DNA of 53,928 bases, filler included, from Squatina squatina (taxonomy: Eukaryota): the NCBI GenBank assembly GCA_031763465.1. It is 4 parts of 4 records of this genome, joined end to end, with 100 filler letters (N's around TTAATTAATTAA, not from the genome) between each part and the next. Parts side by side here need not be neighbours in the genome. Positions count along the whole stretch, not along the records: positions 1 to 12,904 come from JARFOE010977305.1; 3 more parts are not named here. One strand, written 5' to 3'. Positions 1 through 8,164 of this stretch are shown here, in pieces. The notes beneath the pieces are model-generated. The model had not been told where the DNA came from and did not search any database. It saw only the letters and a list, made by a program, of their open reading frames with translations. The first letter of the stretch is position 1, and each line of letters opens with the position of its first letter. Both the position numbers and the translations under genes were made by a program.

Positions 1-19
1 TGTGTGTGTGTATGAGCGT

Positions 20-65
<46 letters not shown>
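1..65. repeat. (TG)n microsatellite
   Basis: Near-pure TG dinucleotide run at the window start, directly upstream of the gag region. Confidence 0.97.
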
Positions 66-66
<1 letters not shown>

Positions 67-143
67 CATTAACAACGCTCTGAAGAAACGTCCATTTGCC
101 TTTCATTCCTTGTAACACGAACCCCCAGACAGCCGACAGCTCT

Positions 144-2470
144 ATGCCTATACACAAAGGAATGAATGTCCAGACCGCTGTCGATCACACGGAAAGACTC
201 CAGGTTGGGGATCAGTGTATGCAACTTACGGTTTTGGCGACCCGGATGGGAACGCAAGGCAAGAAAATGGATGCAAAGTTTGTGAGTGATCAAAACCTCC
301 TTAAAGAGTGGGAACAGGCCAAACTAGACGATGCCTACACCAAGGTTATCGTGGCTAGTACGTGGTTCCAAACCATCTACCGGTCTGAGGACCCCAGGTT
401 AGGGGTAGCCCGATGGATGAGGTCCCAGGAACACAAGGGCCCCCTCAGGAAGACTGTCTGGCTGCCGTGCCTCCTTAATCAGAACCAGACTGTCATATAG
501 CGACTGGAAGAGCTGGTGGAGGAACACCGGCGCACACAGCAGGAGGTCATCGCCAGAGATAGAGTCTTTAGCCAGTGTCTGGCAAAGTTCCACAATGCTG
601 AGCACGAGCTCAGGTAATTTGCCTTGGAGTCGCGGGCAGAAAAGACCTGGCTCCACATTGACCTGGCACAGGGTAAGGAAGCACTAAAGGCGTGTAAGGC
701 AGAAAGCTTAGAACTTGCGAAGAAGGTATCACAGCTGGAGGGCCGCCTCAGAAACATAAGGGGTGCCATCCAGGTGATGCAAACGCAGAAACACGAAGCG
801 GCCGATATAGCCAATGTTTGCCGCAGATCCAGGAGCTGAAGCTCGCCCCGTCAATGTTCAGTGGCATAGCTTGCCTCATGGGGCCGGTGACACCGCCGCT
901 CGGGGACACGGATGATCTCAGTGACAGTGAGGATACCACCGTTGGGGTGAAAGCCGGTGGTAGAATCGTCCCCAATTATCCGCGGTGCTCACAGACCATA
1001 AACCGGTCGGTTGTGCCAGCAGCCGCGGATTGCTCCCCACAGCCAAGGGGGTACAGGAGCATCAAATAGTGAGACGGGTGGTCGAACCTTGGAGGGGTCC
1101 GGAGCCCAGTGGAACAGAGAGACGGACGTCCGAACCTTAGAGGGGACCGGAGCCCGGTGCATAGTGGGACAGGCCCGCAGTGAGGATGGCTGGGGCGAGC
1201 CCACACCAGAGTGGGATTCAGACGAATACCCAGAATATGATTTCAGCCCAGAGGAAGCGGCTCGCATGTGCCCAATAACCCAGCGGTGGTAGGGTCCGCC
1301 TGGGCCTGCTTGAGGGAGAGGACCATTACTGGGGGAATATCATGTTGCCATAGCGCCAGTCAGTTGCAAGCTATGCTGGTCAACACCCCATTGCTCCAGA
1401 TGAATGGAGATCCGGTGGTGCATTTTGATCACATACGCCAGCTGCCTGACATGCATTCGTGCGATTCGGAGGAGCACAACAAGCTGTTGCGGCTCTCTCT
1501 GGATGGCATGCTTCACCAGATACTACCACCACAAATCCGTGCGCCTGGAGTTCACACGCGTGACCTCGCGGCTCAGATCCGAAAAGCCATGGGCTTAGAC
1601 ATGGGCAGCCCTTTTTCCCATGTTGAAGCCGCATGCCAAATAATCACAGAAACCCCAGATGTGTTTGCGAACCACTTTTGGGCTGTGTACTCACAGTGCT
1701 TCGGCAGATACAATCCAAAGCGGCAGATCCCAAGACCAGCCAACCAAGCCTCTGGCTGCGGCTGTTGATGCCAAAGTGTCTGCCTGAACTAATCAAGGCA
1801 GCATAAACATGGTTCGACCGCTCGGATGTCACCTGCACCGAGGCTGAGTTGCTCAGATCACTCGGACTGGCCTACCGAACACTTGTCGTCATTAACACCA
1901 CTCCCCAGCTCGAGCTCGGAAACGGTGGAGGAATTCCACCCAGGCCACAGCAGGCATGCACGCACCAGGGCCTGCGCAACCCCTGGTGCACATGCCCGGC
2001 CAGGCCGGCCCTCTGATGGCTTCACCAGCAGGGGCTCTCCCCATTCACCAGCCAGCCGATGGTGGACCACTTTATAGTGCTCCAAGCGCAGTACAACACC
2101 CACTCCAGTGAGCCACGGCACTGACCTATGTGCCGGCGGCTCCAGTTCACCCAGTACAGATTGTCACCCAACCAGGAAACCCAATCCAACCCAACATCCA
2201 CAGTATCATCAGAGCTACCAACAACCCCAACGTTACGCGTCCCATACACCACAGCCCACGCTTTACGGCATCACACCAGCGGCAGGCGGTGTGGGCATAG
2301 CGGCCGCGTCTATGGCTCCACAGGCCGGCCAGGTCCCGTTCCCCGCCCCTGTATTTGGGATAGAGTGGGAGGAACAGGAGCGGGAATGGAGGCAGAAGGG
2401 TAAGACGGACGCCGGATGCGATGTGCTATGCGTGCAGTAAGCCCGGGCATATGCGGTGGGAATGCTCAGA
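144..2470 (+). pseudogene. gag: gag-like: N-terminal coiled coil, capsid-like helical region, Pro/Gln-rich spacer and a single CCHC zinc knuckle
   Basis: Heptad-rich 500-800 (RLEELVEEHRRTQQEV...ELAKKVSQLEGRLRNIRG). CA-like DPVVHF...KLLRLSLD...FANHFWAVY at 1370-1720. CYACSKPGHMRWEC at 2424-2465. Interrupted by stops (498-500, 615-617) and frameshifts. Confidence 0.75.
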
Positions 2471-2739
2471 CGCCGGGACACCACCCACCAAAGACATGAA
2501 CCGAAAAGCCCAAGTTAAAAAGGCGCAAACAGGGAACCCCAGTGTATCATCGCTAAACCAGCAGGTAAAGATAGCCGGAGTCCTGCTGGAACTGAAGGAA
2601 CGCCTAGGGTGGGACAAGGCCCCCGTTGCGACCGTTTGCCAACCTACCACTTCCCACACACAAGACACTCCGTCCCAAATACCACCCCAATGTCTCGGCA
2701 TGACGAAGCCTGTTTTGCTCTGCCACATCTATTACAACA

Positions 2740-3070
2740 GGTGGGATCGCCCCTGTGTCGAGATGGAGGTGGGGCGACATCTCGGGAATTATCTGATCGA
2801 CACCGGGGCGTCGAGCACGGTGATCCACGATGCAGACCCTGAGAACGCCCACCGTTTTGAGTGGGACCCAGTACATGTTCGCAGAGTTCATGGTGGACGA
2901 GCAGGCTGGCGTTGTATCCAAACCACTACATTTAAGATTAGGGAATTACACACATGCTGCAAAACTGTTTTGGTCCAGTGGAGACACTGTGGCTCGGGGG
3001 TGATTGGGGCCGACTTTCTGCTGGCCCACCACATCATCCTCGATCTGCAGAACAACTGCCTTTCGAGCAG
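2740..3070 (+). pseudogene. pro: Retroviral-type aspartic protease
   Basis: YLIDTGASSTVI active site and GVIGADFL motif in ORF 2421-3128, in frame with the CCHC knuckle. Confidence 0.9.
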
Positions 3071-3199
3071 TGGGACCGGGCGGAAGAGCCGCACGGTGGT
3101 AGTAATTCCCCGGGAACCGGGGGGGTAAAGGGCTAGTGTGTTCCATGCAGCCAAAATCCCAGTACGACTCCCCCGCGTTCCATGATGTCCCCAGGGGTC

Positions 3200-4150
3200 A
3201 CCTTGTTGCAGTCACCACACACAAGCACAATTGTGGGCGAATGACCGGAGTGGAGGTTTCGGATAGAGGGTGTCCCGATGTTCTGACCTATCCAACAGTA
3301 CAACGTCCCCCGAGAGGCCGAGGCAGATTTGGCAACAGCCCTAGAATCCCTAATCAGGCAGGGGGTTCTCAGGCAGATAGCGGCCCACGTAAACTCCTCC
3401 CTGTGGACAGTCTGAAAACCGGACGGCTCGGGGCGAGCAACCGTGGACTATCGGGTCCTGAACAAGACCCTCCCGGCTTGTTCCCTCATCGTGGGCCTCG
3501 TGACTGACTGGATAGGGACCATCCCCGACACCACCATGGTCTTCTCGGTGCTGGACATCTCCAACGGTTTGTGGTCCATCCCATTGCACCGAGAAGACCA
3601 GTACAAATTTGCGTTCCTGTTCCAGGGCCAAAAGTATACGTGAGCGTGCCTTCCACAAAGCTTCCAAACCAGTCAGTCCATATTCCACCAAAGCATGGCA
3701 AACGTGCTGAAGCCATTCAGCAAGCCTGCTCAGCTGGTGCATTATGTGGACGACCTCCTGTTGTTCACAGACAACGAGGAGGAGCATATAGCGTTGCAGC
3801 AGGAGCTGCTAGAATTGCTCCACCAGAGCGGGTTAAAGGTAAACCCTAAGAAGGGCCAAATATTTCAGGTGAAATTCCAAGGACTGACCGTACGGGGAGG
3901 TGAGAGGACCATCGATGAATCCAGGCGGGAAGCTGTACAGCAGCTACCCATACCCAGGGATGTGACGGGGATTAGGTGTTTCCTGGGGCTTACCTGGTAC
4001 TGCCTGGACTTCATTGAGGACTGCGCGGCGACGGCTGCACCCCTGCTACGCCTTTTGCATAACGGCGTTGCCTGGGAATGGGATACGTCTTGCCAGGACA
4101 CCTTCCAGCAATTAAAACGGAACCTGCAGAGCACCCCAGCCCTGGGAGTC
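3200..4150 (+). pseudogene. pol: Reverse transcriptase (YVDD type)
   Basis: KPDGS..ATVDYRVLNK, FSVLDISNGLWSIPL, QYKFAFLFQGQKYT*ACLPQSF, LVHYVDDLLL, GLKVNPKK, FLGL..Y; premature TGA at 3641-3643. Confidence 0.95.
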
Positions 4151-4159
4151 ATAAATGCA

Positions 4160-4480
4160 AAGGAGGAGTTCTTCTTAGAGGCGGCTGCCAGTGAGGACAG
4201 TTTAGGAGTGGTACTGTTCCAGGAACGACATGGCAAGCTGAGGCCGATGGCATATCCATCTCGAGTATTCACTGGAGTCGAGAAAATGTTACTCGAACTG
4301 TGAACGGCACCTCCTGGCTACCTGCTGGGCAATAAAGCACTTTTTGCCTTTCAGAAGCCTCTCTTCCATCACCCTACTCACCAAACACACACCGTCAGCA
4401 ATGTTGTTGGATGGGCGGATAAATGATATGACCGTGAGCAGTGCGCGCATAACGTGCTGGACCCTGCTCCTGGCCCAATA
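4160..4480 (+). pseudogene. Degenerate Ty3/Gypsy-type RNase H (connection/tether domain)
   Basis: FFLEAAASEDSLGVVLFQ...RPMAYPSR...ERHLLATCWAIKHF...TLLTKHTP...RITCWTLLL; the canonical DAS, ELLA and TDH acidic residues are replaced (AAS, HLLA, TKH). Confidence 0.85.
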
Positions 4481-4609
4481 CCATATCCGCATACAGTTAT
4501 TAGCGGAAGCTCGGTTAGCGCGATATTTGTTGTATGTAGGGGCCCACAGAAGTGTATAGTCGAGGGAGTGTGGGACCACGATCTGGGTTTCAAAGCCGGG
4601 TTATGTCCC

Positions 4610-5046
4610 GGGGGATGGGACATATACGTGGACGGGTCGAGCTTCATGGTGGACGGGAAGAGGCTCACTGGCTGTGGAATGTATGACCCCCAGGCCGAAG
4701 TGTCCAGGGTAATTAAACTCCCGGCTCAGATGGGCGCTCAACTCGCCAAGCTGGCCGTAGTCGCGTAAGTTGTTACCCACCAGCAGCTGTTCCCATCACC
4801 CTACACCATATGCTCAGACTCTATGTTTACATGCAAGGCATGCATGGACTATATGGCACTATGGTGTAGACGGGGGTTCAGGCACCGGACGGGAGGCCTC
4901 TGACAACAGCCCCTCTCTTAAAGAAGATCTTGGAGGTAGTGCAGGGAGGGGCGGCTCACGACATCAACAAAGTTAGGGCACATTCAAAACTTGAGCCCAG
5001 GTGGGAAGGTAATGCCGGAGCTGACGATTTAGCAAAGAAGGGGGCA
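4610..5046 (+). pseudogene. Second, retroviral/cellular-type RNase H
   Basis: WDIYVDGSS, GAQLAKL (SAQxAEL-like), ICSDSMF, KVRAHS...GNAGADDLAKKGA. Confidence 0.88.
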
Positions 5047-5239
5047 TGCACGGAGGAGGAGTGGGATCCATATGCCACCGATCCCGCCTCTGCACCCATC
5101 GACACGCTGCAAGGGCAGGTACCGACCCCAGGGATAATTTTGGCCAAAGACCTTCGGTCGTTACAGAAGGGAGACACACAGCTTAACGAAGCCTTTTCAG
5201 CAAAGCAGGCAGGACAGCAAGCTAAGGCACCGTTTGGCG

Positions 5240-5877
5240 CAGCGGATTTCACCTTACGGGAGGGCATGTTGTTTCGGGGAGAGCACTGGGTGGCGCCAGT
5301 TGAGCACCGGGAGACTTCTTGAGAATACCACACGGGGGACCAGAGGTAGGATACTCTGATCCAGAAACCACGTGTGCAAGAGTGGGAGAAGCCGTTTGGT
5401 GGCTGATGTTGGGGGAGGATGTGAGAGGGTATTGTGTGGGATGACTCAACTGCGCCGCTGATGATCCTGCCCTTCAGCAACGGAGGTTCCCCATGGGACA
5501 CAGACGCCGGGTCTCTGGACCATGGAGGTCACACCAAACTGACTTCAGCAGACCCTTGCCCGAGTTCCAGCTGCCACGGTCAACGGGGAAGGAAGATCTC
5601 GGGTGATCTGCAGCAGATGAAGGAGCACAGGGAAGCACTACATCAGCTCGGGATACCCTGGGTTCCACCTTCCTCCCCGCTGACTGGTCTCCAACCCTGC
5701 CCAGCGAGTGCCAGTGCCTCGTCCACAGGCGAGTGTAGAACAGGGACAGCACCCGACTCTGGCGGAAGCCCGCGGCCAGGACGACCTTTTTCTTCCTTTC
5801 TTACTTTCCAGGAGCCAGGGAGAGACTCGGCCAAACAAAACAACAGGTGGTTGCACATCAACCGGTGCAAGCGTTAA
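5240..5877 (+). pseudogene. Integrase remnant: zinc-binding N-terminus, start of the core and a C-terminal WxH motif; most of the DDE core is missing
   Basis: EYH..GPEVGYSDPETTCARVGEAVWWLMLGEDVRGYCVG*LNCA, then GPWRSHQTDFSRPLP ending about 5563, and WLHINRCKR at about 5847-5874, only ~290 bp later. Confidence 0.8.
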
Positions 5878-6858
5878 ACCCCAGGGAGAGAGAAAAGAAT
5901 GCGGGTGGATCCTCAATCTGGCCCAGCTGACTGGATGACCGATGTTATGCCACCTCGGACAACAAGGGAGGATGAAACAGGGGATCCACAGCAGGCGGTG
6001 GAACACGGTGGCGTGCTGCCTCAGGTTGGGGCTGCATGGGTTCCACCTTCCTCCCCAACAACTGGCCCTTGATCTGGCGAGGGAGCACCAGAGAACGGAG
6101 TCCCCCATTGGTGGGTGTGCTGCTGGGACAGCACACACTTCTGGTGGAAGCCGACGCCAGGACAACCTTTTTCATTATTCTTGTCTTCATGATTCTGGAA
6201 AGCCATGAACTCGACAAGGAGCAATAAAAGGACTCTGGATCTTCCTCACCACCTTCACATTTCCTGGACGTGCCCGAAGGGGCGACATAGAGAGCTCACT
6301 GGAATCCGGCTGTACCAGAGGCAGCGGCCCCATGGTCCCAGAAGGAGGTGCGGGACAAACCCCCAGACAGACGGTGCTTGGAGCGAGAGTTACTTTTAAA
6401 ACCCTACAGCATCAGAACAACCCAGACTCTTTTTCATAACCTGTTTGGTCTTCCATCTTGTTTGTAGCTACTGTAAATAAGGATTAAGCGCGGGTATGCA
6501 GTTCAGTTACTTAGGAGGCATGCGTATATAAGGTGTCAGATGTGGGGAAACGTTTAGAATTTTCCATACTCCTTCACTTTGTGTAATATGGTTAAATGTG
6601 TCGCCTGGATAACTGTAAGTATGTGTGTCAAGGTTGGAGTGCACTGAGAAATTCCAGTCGCACATCACACCCAATGACGGTCAACGGGAGCAGGGAGGGA
6701 GCGCCGGGGAACCCGACAGTGTATTTTAAGATCCTGAGTCCTCAGGATGGTGGGGATTTAATATCTAATTCATGAGAGACCCTTGAAAGCCCTACTGTCC
6801 CCCATTTCGGCCGATGCCTTCACTCAAGGGATCAGGAAGCTCAGGCAACTTCACCCTC

Positions 6859-6869
6859 GAAGGGGGGTC
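6859..6869 (+). promoter_or_regulatory. Candidate polypurine tract
   Basis: GAAGGGGGG-TC immediately before TGTAAG (6870), the usual PPT/LTR junction pattern. Confidence 0.55.
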
Positions 6870-8160
6870 TGTAAGAATCGGGCCAAAATGGTGGATACTT
6901 GTGAGGCCAGGAACAAAATGGTGAACAGGGCTCAGGAATTTAAACTTCAGACTACGAACTGGCAGGTGGGGATAAACCTGCAGACTCTTGTCAATCAACA
7001 GAGATAATACGTATGGTAATTGGAAAACTCCAGCCACAGGGGCATGAGACACATTTGTTTTAACAACTCACAGAAAGCCCAGGTGCCGGGACAAACAGGA
7101 TTTTACCGTTTGAAAACTGTTAATATTAACAATGTAACAACTTTAGGGAAAATATATAGAGACGTTTGCTCTTGCATTGATCAAACACCATGTAAATTTG
7201 ACAGCTTTTCTGATCAAGGATATGTTTGAGAACATCATTTTTGGGGACAGTACAAAGGAAGAGACAACAGCAGCCAAGGTCTGCCACAGTTTTAAAACTA
7301 GAAGTCAACAGTAATTTCCAGAACAAACCGTTTGCATACTAATGTGCAGGCTGAGCTGACTAAACATGAATAATGGCTGAGTTGTCCCTGCCGCACAAGG
7401 GCGGGGGGGGGCCCTTTTGGGGAAGTCAAAAGGTTTCATTGTACCTGAGATCTCCCATGCAAAATCCCTGATCGATTTGGAGTAAACAGATCAGTTTAAT
7501 TATGTCGTTATGTCGCCTTACAAAACTCAATAGAGTTCTAAACCCAACGTTTGTGCAAGGTTGAACGATTAGCCAAGTAGTCACCATCTTCTCAAGACAC
7601 AATGCTACCCAATAACGCAGCAGGAAAAGACATAATCAAGGCAGTTAACGGATGTTTTACATCAAATCCAGGAAAAGGTATAACTGTCCTTGGTCAACAT
7701 GAATCGTCATCTTGGATTTCGGCAGCCGGCGAGCTAAGTCGCCTCCCCTCTTGGAAGGGGCGAGCTCGCTGGCTGGCCTCTCTTTTTAGCAAAAGCATTT
7801 GCACGTGGTCTTCAACAGCTCTCAAGGTTCATCGCCACGCGGTCGCAGCTCGGGATCACTGAATCCACAGCAAAGACTCCATCTCAAACTTTGAAGTGTG
7901 GTACCTCGTGTTCCAGCAGTGAAGTGATCTTCCCGTTTGAAAGGACTTTTAAAGACTTAAAGCCATAACTCCCAGTAGGAGTGTAAAGACATCACCGTAG
8001 TGTCGCCACGGTGTCAGCCGGACAAGCAGTCATGAGATCGGGACAAGAGCCTGGAGTGGTGAGATCTCGACCACATGTACCTTCAGTCTTTCCAAGGGTG
8101 GGGGTCCAGCTAAAGGGATTCTGCGACTACTTTCTCTCTCAAGTGCTCGTGATTAATGAC
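6870..8160 (+). mobile_element. Probable 3' LTR (end uncertain: CTTACA at 7517-7522, or running on to the satellite at ~8160)
   Basis: Starts TGTAAG after the PPT, is non-coding, has a TATAA at 7679-7683 and several hairpins. No 5' LTR is in the window to confirm it. Confidence 0.45.
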
Positions 8161-8164
8161 AGTT

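Larger units (their letters stand above)
144..8160 (+). mobile_element. Decayed retrovirus-like LTR retroelement (gag-pro-RT-tether-RNaseH-IN remnant-PPT-probable 3' LTR), with no env detected
   Basis: Colinear motifs across frames: CCHC knuckle, LIDTGAS, LDISNGLWSIP, LPQ, YVDD, two RNase H domains, IN zinc-finger and GPW..Q.DF..PLP. Many stops and frameshifts. The 5' LTR/PBS is not seen and the 3' boundary is uncertain. Confidence 0.88.

Noticed and set aside
66-143. Primer binding site or end of the 5' LTR
   Set aside because: No TGG-initiated tRNA-complementary tract and no similarity to 6870-8160 was found.
5880-6860. env or accessory gene downstream of integrase
   Set aside because: Only short ORFs (<90 aa on +), with no signal peptide, furin site or convincing TM anchor recognisable. 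A decayed accessory ORF cannot be fully excluded.
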